Of a stretch of DNA of 64,000 nt, positions 9,348 to 21,788 are shown one piece after another (within the stretch, counting starts at the first letter, position 1; every line of letters begins with the position of its first letter). The DNA is from Klebsormidium nitens (lineage: Eukaryota; Plantae; Klebsormidiophyceae). The stretch is from positions 5,823-69,822 of the forward strand of contig DF237442.1 in assembly GCA_000708835.1 (NCBI GenBank), in the 5' to 3' direction. The notes under the pieces were generated by a model, which was not told the origin of the DNA, ran no database searches, and worked only from the letters and a program-made list of their open reading frames with translations. Position numbers and translations under genes: made by a program.

Positions 9348-10576
9348 ATGGGGGCCAGGGGAAGATTCAAGGGGGAGGGAAAGGGGAAGGAGCCGCAGAA
9401 ACGAAAACGGACTGAAGCAGGTGGTGCGAGCGGCAGCGCAGCGGAAGGCGGGAGTCTGGAGCAGGGCGCTGCAAAGCTGAAGGCGGGAGAGTGGACGCGC
9501 GTCAAGGAGGCGGACGACTATGATGTCAAGGACGTGTTCTCCAAGGTGCTGCACGGGCTGGAGTACCCTGCGTACGTCTCGCGAGAGCTGCACGAGGAGA
9601 CGGGAGTCCCCTTCTACTATGCGGAGGCGCCCGACATCAGGGACCTCTGCACCATGAGGCCCAACGCGCGGGAGGTGAGTGGAATGAGCAGCTTCTCATC
9701 GGAATGTTCATGCTCGCCTCTTTGAGATATGGATGGCTGTTCAACTCATTCCTGCAGTTCAATTACGGGCGAGGGCCTTCGGCCCAATCAGTCAGAGTGT
9801 ATTTGTGCCTTCCGTTGAAGGGACTGAAGTGCTGAGGCATGTTTGCCTTTCCTGGAGGCATGTCGCTTTCCTTCAAGCATGCTTTCTCTGGCACTGCTGC
9901 TCGCTTCCTGGCGTGTTTATCTGCGGATGGTGCACATTCCAGTGTGCATGCTGAAGTCAGCAATTGCTAACGATATTTTCCTGAGATCGCACTCGTTCAT
10001 CTGCAAAAGTTGCAACAGAAGTCTGGTCGGAAAGGTTTGGTTTTGACATTCAATGAATGCTTCGATGGCAGGCGCAGGATGTGCTGGCGCGCCACCTCCA
10101 CGCGGAGCTGGCAGAACGCGCAATCATCAGGATGCTGCCACCGCTGCCGTCGCCAGACCTGCCGCCGAATTCGGTGAAGCCGACCTACACCTGGAAGATA
10201 CGAATCGACGGGGAGAGGTAAGAAGGGCAGCGGGGCCACAGACTCAATCGATCGCATGGATCGCATGGATGTGTACGGCAAACCTTGCTCAGGTGCAGAG
10301 CCTTGAGACTTGCGAGCGCTGCTGCATTGGCAGGAAGCTGTTTCTTGTTTGAAATGCACGCATTAACTCTCTCTGAAACTCTTGGGTTTGATCTCCAGTC
10401 CTAGCTCTGTCAGAACTGAATTGCGTGAGCCAGCCAAAGACGAAACGCAAAAAAGAGAAGGTTTGTCAGGCTGTATATGGTGACCAGGTTCTGATTGACT
10501 CGTTGAAATTTGCAGGCTCACCCGGTTACTCAACAGCATCGACATCGGCCATGTCGAAGCTACCGATTCGGATTAG
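9348..10576 (+). CDS. HicB-like antitoxin (partial RNase H fold), 3 exons, 177 aa
   Basis: Exons 9348-9674, 10072-10217 and 10516-10576, with canonical GT-AG and consistent phases (0, 2). The spliced product contains LEYPAYVSRELHEETGVPFYYAEAPDIRDLCTMRPNAREAQDVLARHLHAELAERAIIRMLPPLPSP, matching the HicB N-terminal pattern YPA...G..YxAExPD(L/I)....T......EA.......L......P.P.P. It has an N-terminal KRKR motif. Confidence 0.72.
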
Positions 10577-11672
10577 TGTGCTAGGCTCCTATATTGTTAA
10601 GGAAATAAGTCAAACGATGTTTGTGTGTATGCTTCGCCAAGCAGGGGATGCAAAAGCAGGGGCAGGCGTGCGAGCGCAGCTAGAGTTAGCCAAGACAATA
10701 AACAGGCGGGCGCTTGCTTCTGCAGACCAGGGGCGGTGTGACCTCCTTCATGAAAAGCTCGGACCTCGAATTCGTTTCTTCATGTAATTTGCGGGTGTTC
10801 TTTCTCGAGGTTTGTCTACCTCACTAGTGGCTTCATGAAACACGGGCATGAGAAAGCATGCGCAAAACAACTTGTTTCATAGAAGAATCCGTGCAAAGCA
10901 GAGCTCATCTTAGGTGCGCGTCACCGCCCATGCAATTAATGTACAACGCCTTCTTGGTGTGCCCTGCAAAATCCGGTTTAAGTTATGGAGTGCATGCTGT
11001 TCTAAATTCCGATCATGCATACTCTTGCACACTATAGGACACAATTCAAAGTCCTTGCATGGTTTAGCAGCTTGGGTGCATCTATGGTTATATAGGCAGC
11101 GTCGTCAGCGGGCGAAATGCGAGGCTAAGGAGAGTCGACGATTCCGAGTTACGAATAGCGGGGAAAGCGGGCGCGTGGACCCCACCATGACACGGGATTA
11201 TCGTCAACGGGCGCTCATAAACTATACAAATTCGATTTACCTACAAAGTGGGTAAAACTTTTTGTGCTCCAGCTGCATTTAGACACTCGATTGAAAAGCA
11301 ATGCGTCACAAATTAACACGACAAACTCGCCGGATAGCTACGACGCCGCGCGCTTCACTGGGTCAACACCGTCGTGGGCCGCTGTAGAGTCCGTGAACTC
11401 CTTTTTGACACAACCAACTCGGACACCGTCCGTAAGTTAATCCGGACGCGCGGTCGTCGTAAAATTAAATTGATAAGTCGGAAATCGCCGACGGTGGGTA
11501 CTTCCTCCACACTTAAGGAAAGAAAGGCTGCATATTGGCCTCTTGTAAGTTGTCCCTAAGTGAGTGCCCGGTTGATACCAGACAACACAATGTGGTATGT
11601 ACCACTTCCGGGATGGGCCTTCGACCGCGGTTAGGCACCGGCCTGCTACCTCCACTCTTGCGACTCCCGGGG

Positions 11673-11725
11673 GGGCTGACATGGCGCTCTCTGAGTGGCC
11701 CAAATTTTAATCCGAAGTTCATTTG
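11673..11725 (+). repeat. 53-bp direct repeat, copy B (right of HicB-like gene)
   Basis: gggctgacatggcgctctctgagtggcccaaattttaatccgaagttcatttg; 50/53 identical to 8449-8501, with weaker similarity extending about 40-55 bp to the left. Confidence 0.9.
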
Positions 11726-11996
11726 GCTTGCTGTTTACCGTGCCAACGACTTGGGCATGCTGGGGGATCCCCCGCAATCATGGGGTCGCTTGACAGTTGC
11801 GCTTGACAGTGGGGGGGGTCTTCACGAAAGCTCATAGAGCCCCTTGTCTTGTCAACTTCATATGCAGGGATGCGCAGCATGGGTTCGACATCAGAATCTT
11901 CTGATCAAACCTCTTTGTCTTCATTACTTTTAGGAGGTTTTCTCCAGAGGATGCTGTCCTGAGTTGCAGAATTGGAAACAGTACGTCGCTGGTACG

Positions 11997-14900
11997 ATGG
12001 AGGGGCCCGCCGAGGAAAGCGATTTTCGGGTGCCTGCAATTGCGGCAGCTTGCAGCGTGGTGGCCAGCATCTTCCTGCTCTGGCGGAGCTTCCAATTGAC
12101 CAGAATCCGTCCCCATTCTGATACAGAAGCGGACATCAGCAGTCCGTTGCTACCCGACTCTGACAGGCAGTTCAGACAGCGATCAAGCTCCGCCACTGTA
12201 CTTTGGCTGGCAGTTTCCATATCCCTAGCCCAGATTATAGGTCAACTGTACATAGTTTTTTCCTTTACGCATGCACAATCAAGCGCACAGCTAACCCAGT
12301 TTGTGACCCTAACCCTTGCCTGGGGTGCGGCGCTGCTGTTAAGCTTGTTGGAACACCGCAGAGGGTTAGCTTTCCCTGGTCCAATTCTCCCCTGGTGGTG
12401 GGCGCTAGCAGCTGGCATCAGCTTCGTCTCTGCATGGCAAGTGCCCCACGATCGCGCCACCTGGCGGCCGGAGCTTGCGACACACCTCCTCAGCGGCGCC
12501 CTCGCTCTTGTTCTAATAACCGCCCACGCTATCACCACCGCTTACAGCGCCTTTGCAAAGAGCAGCCCCCACACCCCCCTGGTGAACGCGTACGATCGAG
12601 CGGGACCGCTCTCGCGCCTCACGTTCTGGTACATTCTCCCCCTTCTCAAGCTCGGATACAAGCGCCCCCTCCAGCCGGTCGACGTTCCCCCCCTCCCGAA
12701 GACAGACGATCCTGAGCCCCCCACCTGCCGTTTCCAACTAGAGTGGGCGAAAGAACGGGCGAAAAGCAAGCCGTCGCTCCTGCGAGCGTTGTTTCGCGTC
12801 TATGGCGGCCGCGTCGCCCTGCAAGCGATCCCCTGTTTCATAGCTGAGGTTGGCAGCCTTGCGTGCCCTCTCCTTCTCCAACGGGTTCTCACATACCTAA
12901 CACAAGATACCGGGCAATCAGGGGCTGCCACCTGGCGCGCAGCAGAGTACGCGCTGGCCTTCTTCTTGTTCACGATGATGAGGTCAGCAGGGACGCACGC
13001 CATGTGGATGCAATTAATGCAGGTGTCCATACAGTGTAAATACACCCTGATTGCGGCGCTGTATGGGAAAGTGCTGCGAATGCCCCCCGCCGTAAAGGGG
13101 AAGCACGCGGGGGGAAAGGTGCAGAATCTGGTGGCGAGCGATGTGGATGCGATCACGGGGAGCGTGCTGCCGTACGTGCAGTGGTGGACTGTCTCCATGG
13201 TGAGAGATTTTTGGATGATGGCAGCTCTTTTATCTGCTTTTGCAAGATTTGGCTGTGATTGCTTGAGGGTTAAGACGCCAGTTCTTCTGGTGGCGACACG
13301 ATCACAGGCACCTCAATGTTTAATCGCTCTCTCCTGCGAAAGTATGGGCAAGGCCTTGGTTCCCGTTCGCACCTATAGCCTTGACCACACTGCAAGCTGT
13401 GCGGCGATGGGTTTCCCTGTGGCTGCCTTGGTTCCAGTGTCTGTACCAAAAGTCCTTTTGGAAGTCAACTACGAGAGAGTAGACGGGTTGGCAGACCAAA
13501 GGGAGACTCATGGCCAGCACAGCTTTTGCCCGATGAATTACCGGGGAATAAGCGTTCTTCTCAGGTAGTCTGCCACATTTGAGTCAGCCCCTTAGAAGTT
13601 CGGCACCGTCCAATTGGGGTGTAACACCCCTTTCGGATTCTCCGATTGCGGCTCAAAGGCCTTCACACCAATGTTCGGTTGCCCAGCTATAATCGGGGGT
13701 AATTATGGCAGACTGCCTCCCTGACTGAATTTTCAGCCAGTCAGAGGTTCAATTCACGCTTGCTCTGTCATTCTGACAACGTGGGGATCTGCCTGTTCTG
13801 CTTTGTGACACTCATGTCGTATGCAGCCGATACCAACTAGGAGTTCGCACTCTAATTAGTAAGATGTGGGACACTGTTGAGAGTTTCTCACTCTCTTCTT
13901 GCACCGCTGCACTCAGGTCAACTCAAGCTTTTTGACTCTTTCTCAGGTAATGAACACGATTCTCCCCGGGTTCTTCCTGTACCGCCTGGTTGGCCCCGCG
14001 TACTTGATCGGCATCAGCGTGATAGTTGCGCTGCTCCCCGCCAGTGTGTGGGTGGCCGGCATTGTAAAGCGCGTCACCAAGACCATGTACGAGGCGCGTG
14101 ATGCACGCGTCAAGCTGCTCGGGGAAGTGGTTCGCGCCATCCTAGTTGTCAAGTGCCTCGCGTGAGTGCTTTTACTCCGCCCATAATTGCCTCGCTGTCT
14201 CCTTCAGAGCTCTAAGGCTGTGTCATCTTTGCTGATTGATTGGCCTGAGAGGCTTTTCGCATGTTTCTTCTATATGGAATTGTCCAATACTCTCAAGCTT
14301 TGACATGGTCTTAGCAGGTTTCAGGTGCAGTCTGCGTCCTCGCTTTGAAGGTTTGCTGGCGCCGTTAATTCTGGGCGAGCCTTGTGTCCAAACAGCGGGT
14401 GCGCTTTTTTGACATGGATCAGCAAAGCTTTTGATGTCTCACTGCCATTTGAACCTCCTCCGAGGCAATGGGGCATAAGCAATGCACGACGCCTTCCGCA
14501 ATTAGAGTCCCAGCCTTCAGAAAATCGAGTTCGAACTCTAAGCACTCAAATTTCGTGCTTCCTGTGGCGCAACCATTTCGAAGCGTGAAGTTACATATAC
14601 GGGTAACAACTCTGCCCTTCATACAAGTCTCTACCAAGTCGAATTCCCAGATCACATTTCAGAGATTTGGAAGCGCTTTCAAACCTCTACCGAGTGTCCT
14701 GAATCGACTCTCCTTTATTGACTCGCAAAAGTGTCCATAATCTGCCCGCTGACACCACCTTCTTGGCCTTCGCCCAGGTGGGACGACCTCATGCTGACGT
14801 GGATCACAGAGAAGCGCGCGGCGGAGCTGGCGCAGCGGCTGCGCCTCGTGTGGTGGGAGCTGAGCGAGGTTCTGCTGTGGGACACTGTTCCGGCGGCCGT

Positions 14901-17900
14901 TCCGCTCGTCACTTTCGCGTGGTACTGCCTCGTCATGCGTCAGCAGCTGACGATCACGACCGCGTTCACGACGATCGCGTGGCTCGACATCCTGCAAATG
15001 AACGTGAACTACATCCCCTGGATCTACCGGGCCCTCATAAACGCGAGCGTGTCGTACCACCGCATACAGGACTTTCTGCTCGGCCCGGAGTTGCAGCCGC
15101 TTGCGAGCCTGCCCCCCGGAACGGATTCCGCGTTCGAGATCGCGCATGCGGACTTTGGGTGGGTAAGCGAGGGGGGCCGAAAACACCGCCGGGGAAAGCC
15201 CCCGGGAGGAAACAATGATAGCCTGGCAGACTCGGCGGTCGGCCCGGTAGGAGCAAACCGACCGGTATTGGAGGACGTTACTCTGACGGCGAAGCGCGGC
15301 GAGTTTGTGGCGATCGTCGGGCCCGTAGGGTCCGGTAAATCGACGCTCCTCTCCGCGATTTGTAACGGGGGCGCCGTGTGCACTCGCGGGAGCGTCGCAG
15401 TTACCGGCGGGTGCTTGGCACTAGTCGGGGAAGAGCCCTGGGTGCAGAACGCGAGCCTGAAGGACAACGTCACCTTTGGGGCGCCGTACGAGGAGAAGCG
15501 CTTCGCTGACGTCATCGACGCGTGTCAGCTGGCCGCTGACGTGGCGGCGCTGGGGCCGGCGGGCGCGGACTCCGCGGTCGGGGAGCGCGGCGCGACTCTC
15601 TCCGGGGGGCAGCGCGCACGGTGCGCGCTCGCGCGCGCGTGCTACCGGCGTCCGGAATCCGAGCTGTACGTTTTGGACGACTGCCTGCGCGGATTGGACG
15701 TCCACGTGTCGCAGGCGGTGTTTGAAAAATGCTTGCTCGGCTATCTTGCCGACAAGACACGTGTCGTGGCGACGCATGACGAGAAACTAGTGCGGGCGGC
15801 GGATCGGATTGTGTTGCTGGAAGGGGGGCGGTGTCGGGAAGTGACGGTGGAAGAGTGGGAGGAGCGGGCAAGGGGGGAGGAATGGCAGGGGTCTGAAGGG
15901 GGGGGACAGAGTGAGGGCAGCGAAAATGAAGACGAGGGGGGGAGTGAAGACGGGGAAGATGGCGAGGGTGATGATGAGGCGGATGGGGAAGAGGAGCAAG
16001 GTAAGACTTGCCATAGGGCGCCGAAGGAGCGGTTAGGTCGGGCAAACACCGGTTGTTTCGCCTTTCTTTCCTCTTTCCGTGTCTTCTCTTTGCCAGTCCC
16101 TTAGGATTTGTTAGAGTGTCAGCGAAATTGTCGTAGCGGTTGCAGGGCGCGTGGGACCAAAGCGCACGTGGCGACGATGTTTCTGAAAATGAGTTCACAT
16201 GGTTGATTCATTGACTATCAAAATGCTTAGCGCAGCAAGCAAGAGCGTCTCAGAGCCCAGACGATCCAGGCTGCTTTCACCCGTTCTGCAAAACAGGGGC
16301 TAATAACCCAGGTTGCTAATTCCGGAAGTCTGGAGGAGCTTGGAAAGAACTCCTTTTTCCGTGCTCGGACAGAACAACATGAAGCGTAAATCAGCCGAAA
16401 GCAAATATACCAGCGGGCAGAATGAGCAATGTTGTATAGACCACGCAATGAAGCGTTCCGTTTTTTTGTTCTTATCCCAAAGCCTCTGTTGGAAGATCAC
16501 AGATTGCCTCTTTCTGCAGATGACACGTGGCAAGACGAGGGAGAGGACCAGTCGTCCTCGTGGCGGCAATCCAGCAGCGAGCTGTGCGTGTCGCCGCGAA
16601 CGGCGGCGCTGTTGGCGGGGCGGGCCAGCCGGGAAGAGGCGGCCAGAGAAGCGGAGAGAGAGGCGATCAGGGAGGACAAAGCCCAAGTGAGTGGGTTGCT
16701 TGGAAGTCGAGCAGACTGGCTCTTTAGTTTAGTTTTTGCTTGTGAGGTTGCAAAGCTGTGTGGTTTTTAACGAGTGGACCTCGATATCGCTGTTTGTATT
16801 AAGTATCTGCTTGAGAGATAAAAAAGCTGTCTGGTTTGAGACGAGTGGACATCATTGGGGGAAAGTGTCTGCTTGCGACGTTATTGGGTCGCCTGAATCT
16901 GTCCACGAAACGCCCCCGTCAGGATTGATGCGCGACACTCGTGTGTCTTTCAACTCCAAAAACTTACTTTGCCTTGCCCTCTTGAGATTTGCGTTTTGAT
17001 GTGGGGACATCCTTTCAACCTCCGCTGAATCGGCAGGCCCAATAGTCGGTTCTACTTTGACACTCACCTTCTATGTGACACTCGCGGTGATTCTCCGCAG
17101 GTCGATTTGCGCACGCCCCTCCTGGGAACAGGCGGCGGCGCTGGGCCCTCAAAACCGCCCCCCAGACCTTCCCCCCCGGAGACCGGAAAACGCCCCCCGA
17201 TCAGCCGTCCCCCGGTTCTAAAGAAACGCCCCTCTGGGCCCAAAACAGCTCCACCTGGGCAAGAAACAAAGCGCGAGGGGGCCGTCTCTTTTTCCGTCTT
17301 CGCTGCGTTCTTCCGCGCCGCGGGGGGGTGGAAGATCGTCGCTCCCGCAATTCTCATCTTCGCCGCGCGCATCGCCGCGGGAATCGGGCGAACGCTCTGG
17401 CTGGCGGTATGGACCGGGGGGGCCGAGCCGGAACCCGGTACCGCGCCCCACTCGCAGCTGTTCTACATTCAGGTCTACGCGGGGATCGTTGGCGCGTTGT
17501 CGGTTTTCGCGGCTCTGCGGTCGCTGTTGGCGGACTTTGGCTGCTATTTCGCGGCGCGGGAGCTGCACGCGGCGATGCTGCGCGCCGTGCTGCGCGCGCC
17601 CATGGCGCTCTTCCACCGGACGTCCGCGGGGACCATCATCAACCGCTTCGCGTCCGACACCGGGCAGGTGCGATTTTCGGGCCCAGCTTCATTGCATCCT
17701 TGGTTCTCAGTTCCGCACAGAAACTGATAGCTTGAGCACCTTTGAGGAGCCTTACAGCCTTGCAAGCATTTGCCAGCTCCCTGCCTTGGTGAACTGAATT
17801 CCGAATTCTTCCGGGAAACTCTACTTGCTGGGCGGTTCTCCGACCATGGTACTTGGTATTTGGAGCGGAAGAGAACTTGGTCCCTTGCCCTGCTGACGCT

Positions 17901-20223
17901 TGCTACGTGCGCTGCCCCTTCACAGCTCTCACGTGTATATTCAAGGTTTTACGCGTCCATGAGGATTTGTCCACATGGATAGCGAACTCCGGCTGGATAG
18001 AGTGGGCGACGCCTTGTTTCTTTTGAAAGTCTGCCCCTCCCCTCTCTGATGTTCTTTCCACGAATTCTGCCAATGCCGAGATGGACCCAACAATAAAGTT
18101 GAGACTAAGTAAACGAAAGCTAAAACGCTGTGCCCCAAATGTACCCTCCTTCTTTCTCTCGCAGATGGACGACGCTGTTCCGGAGGAGCTGTCCGGGTTC
18201 ATCGAGGTGGCCCTCCAATTAGTGGGCGCGATCTTCGTCGTTTCCTTCAGCACGCCCGTCTTCCTGCTGCTCCTCCTCTTCATCTCGCTCGGCTTCGCGG
18301 CCATTGCGCAACTCTACCGCCACGCGGCGCGCGACCTGAAGCGCATCCAGTCGCTCCGCCAATCGCCGGTGTACGCGCACTTTGCGGAGAGCATGGAGGG
18401 CGCGCCCGCGGTGCGCGCGTTCGGCGAGGTTTCGAGGTTTATCGCGGACGGGAAGGCGCGCGTCGCGGGGTTCTTGGCGGCGATGTTCAGCGCGTGGGCG
18501 GCGAACCAGTTCGTGACGTTCTGGATGGACGTCATGGGGGCGGCGGTCATGCTGGGGGCGAGTTTCCTCGCGATCGTCGAGACGGAGCGCGGGAACCTGC
18601 GACCTGAGGTAAGACGACAGAGTCAGAGCTGTCTGTAGCTGTTTGTTCACTCCTGAGTTTTTCTTCCTTTTGTGGGTGCCGACAAACATCGGCTCGGCTT
18701 ATCTCCTGGCGTGCGCGAAGTTCCTTTGCTCGGATTACGGTTCTGGTTCGAAGCAGCATCCTTGCTGTTTGTACGTGATTGGCTAAGAAATCTGGAGGCG
18801 AAGGCTTGTCCTCCGCCTGTTTGAACGACACACGGCCGGATTTGTTGCTCCGATTTCCATCGAAGTTCGACGCTCTTTGTATCCTCGACTCTGTTCTCTT
18901 TTGCTTCTAAAAGGTGCCTTCTGGCTGAATTAGTTGTTAAATCCAGCTTCCGATAAGCGCCCACCTCGCCTGTTTACTACTCTGCGTGCCAACCGTTTCC
19001 GTTTGTGGCGTCCCCAGATGGCCGCCCTTAGCATTACGTACGCCGCCGAGTTTGCTGAGCTGCTCATGTGGAGCGTGCGCCAATGGACCGAGCTCGAAGT
19101 CGCCATGGTCGCCGTGGAACGCGTGCTCGACTACACCGCCCTCCCCTCCGAAGCCTGGGACGGCCGCCGGGGGATCCATCTACCGGCCCAACGTCAGTCC
19201 CCGGTAAACGGTGTACCGGGCACACGTCCGGTTGTACTGGGCGCTCAGAGTCCTGCCACGTGGCCCGAGCACGGCCGATTGGAGTTTGAGGACGTGTGGC
19301 TGGTGTACGAGGCGCGCTCGCGGGGGGTGGTGAAAGCAACCGGGGGGCAGAAACCGCCCGGGGGAATGAAAGACGGGGACGGAGAGAAGTCTGCGGCGCA
19401 AGGCGGGAAAGCCGCCCTACGGGGGGTGACATTTGCCGCGTCGCCTGGTGAACGGATCGCGGTTGTTGGTAGAACCGGGGCCGGGAAGAGTAGCTTGGTG
19501 TCGGCACTGTTCCGGCTGGTAGAACTAGACCAGGGGAGAATCTTGATCGATGGCGTTGACATCGGGGGCATGCCGCTGGGGCGGTTGCGGCGCGGGCTCG
19601 CGGTGGTGCCCCAGGAACCGGTGCTCTTCTCCGGGAGCCTGCGCAGCAACCTGGACCCGCGGGGAACGCGCACCGACCGCGAGATTTGGGACGCGCTCGA
19701 GGCGGTCGCGCTGAAAGAGACGGTCGCCGGGAAAGAGAAGAAGCTGGAGGAACAGGTGGGCGGGGCGTTGTCGCTCGGGGAACGGCAGCTGCTGTGCGTG
19801 GCACGTGCCCTGCTCCAGTCCGCGAAAGTGACCGTTCTCGACGAGGCGAGCAGCGCGCTGGACGCGGAGTCGGAGCGCGCCATCTACCGGGCGCTTCTGT
19901 GGCGCCCGGGGATGCCCCGATCGCTCAGCCGCGGCGCCTCTGGGAGCTCGGGGCAGCTCTCCCGGCCGCCGAGTGGGCAGGCGCTGGCGAACCTGGGGGG
20001 AGAGGAGAGTGGCCGGGGAACCCCCCGGGCGCCGGAGGGCGCCCCGGTCGGTGGATTTTATCCCGGGACGGTTTTGTACATTGCGCATAAGCTGAGCACG
20101 GTACTGCAGTGTGACCGGGTAATTGTGTTGGACCAGGGGCGGATTGTGGAGATGGACAGTCCGGAGGTGTTACTGGCCAGAGAGGGGAGCCGATTTGCGG
20201 CCATGGTAGAGACGGTGAGTTAG
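11997..20223 (+). CDS. ABCC: ABC transporter subfamily C (MRP-like), full-length, 7 inferred exons
   Basis: Approximate exons: 11997-13199, 13947-14161, 14779-16000, 16520-16686, 17101-17667, 18165-18608, 19018-20223. N-terminal hydrophobic segments and AGPLSRLTFWYILPLLKLGYKRPL. NBD1 has GPVGSGKST, LSGGQRAR and YVLDD. NBD2 has GRTGAGKSS, VPQEPVLFSGSLRSNLDP, LSLGERQLLC and VLDEASSALD. Confidence 0.95.
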
Positions 20224-21788
20224 AACGGCGCAATTGAAGAAGAAATCTTGAGATCAATGACAGCCAGTCACGTGAATGTCTCTTCAATAAGCGGAGTGCG
20301 AGAGGGAGGCTCAGCTCGCTCTTATGTAATGCATGAGTTCCCACAGTAGTGCATTTGACTAAACCCCACGCGGCAAGCTATTCCTGGCGGACTCAAGGTA
20401 GCCACGGTTTTCACAAGCACTAGAGGCCATCTTCTGCCTATCCTACGTAGGTAAGTTCTTTCCGATGTAACGAAGTAACCTGTCGAGCCCCGCTGTTACA
20501 CGGCATGTGTCGCCAAGCTTTCGGCAAGTCGGTTAAGTTTGGACCTCAGGAAGAAGGTGTTCAAGTTCGATTCTGTACTTTAACATGCTACGCTGAGATG
20601 CTGCACCGGGCCATCATTGATGAATCAGATCGTCATGGCGGTTCAGGATTGAATCCACATGCGTCACAGGGCCAACGATTGACACTGCATCCCTAGCTTC
20701 GAGACTGAAGGAGCGTCACGGTAATATCACGTTGGCGGCATTCAAGGATTCGGCGCTGAAACATGACAACGGCACAAGTCAGCCAAGATGGTGATCAGCA
20801 TGCATAGTCCCAGGATAGTCCCATAGCTATTTTACTCGTGCTTTCTCTAGCCATTTGCGATTTCAGACTCCAATGTAGCGCGAGAGAGTGCCAAGGATGC
20901 TCCGATCAAACGAGCAAGTGTGCCGCGTGAGTCATACATGCGAGGTTTCCGCGCACCTTCACTCGTTTTGTGAAATAACACTTAACACGTCAGCCGGTCA
21001 TTAAGCCGAGTCCTACAAATTGACCTTTGGGGACCTTTGCTGACATTGCATGCACCATTGCACCGGTATCAACCTGAGGTAAGTGAACGACGCGCCGGCA
21101 TACCGTACTTGCCTGGAGGCTGCAAGGGAGGCTGGGCCCCATGTGATCCATGCATCATTGCTTTCTTGCTTGTGTGTCGTAGACAATCGCGCGTTCGAAT
21201 AGAGTCAAGAGTCCTCAAGACCTGCGCAGCGCGCATAGACACATGAAGTATGAAAGTACGACTTATGATCCTGCATGATGATACCGCGTACTGCTCGTAC
21301 GTTGGGAGTTTTTATGCCTTTTGTCCATCACGCGTTTCGTGCAACTCCTAATCCATTTTTAAATGTTTTGAATAAACGCCGCCAGCTTACTGGTATCTTT
21401 GCATGTTTTGGGCCTGTGCCGTATTGGCCCCCAGATTTGTTGTGTACCGTCTTGCACGCCGGGCTCATCAGCTGGAGCACCGGGACTAGCACACGCCTCG
21501 TATTGGCCCCCAGAAACCTTAAAGTAAACTTATTTGAATCTCATTGTGGTCTTAGCATAATACCGGTACCGGTATTGGGCAAACTACCTATGCTCGTTTG
21601 GGTATCTCTTGCCATTGGGATTGAATTACCTATCGGCCCAAGTGACCGGAGGAACAGCGGACCGGACCGCGGTACGCTACCTAATGTGAGACCGGTACTG
21701 CCAAGCATGTTCTCGCATGGCATCACTTTCGAAATTCCGTTTCCCTAGCGTTTGGAGCAGAAGACCAGGGTCCAGCACCTGCACAGTG

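Larger units (their letters stand above)
1..11725. mobile_element. Putative plasmid/virus-like integrated element (replicase gene + HicAB-like module); boundaries undefined
   Basis: A Prim-Pol/D5-type replication gene, a toxin-antitoxin-like pair, repeat-filled introns and a 53-bp direct repeat occur together. No integrase, capsid gene or TSD was seen in the window. The right edge is set at the second repeat copy, just before the host ABCC gene. Confidence 0.4.

Noticed and set aside
19880-20070. Gly/Pro/Ser-rich insertion within ABCC NBD2 after the D-loop
   Set aside because: The reading frame is intact and all catalytic motifs are present. It is a likely lineage-specific loop or a small unrecognised intron, and not clearly notable.
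14659-20344. Many long overlapping ORFs on both strands over ABCC exons (e.g. 15512-16198, 19064-19804, 19245-19883)
   Set aside because: These are shadow ORFs caused by GC-rich coding exons and show no recognisable motifs.
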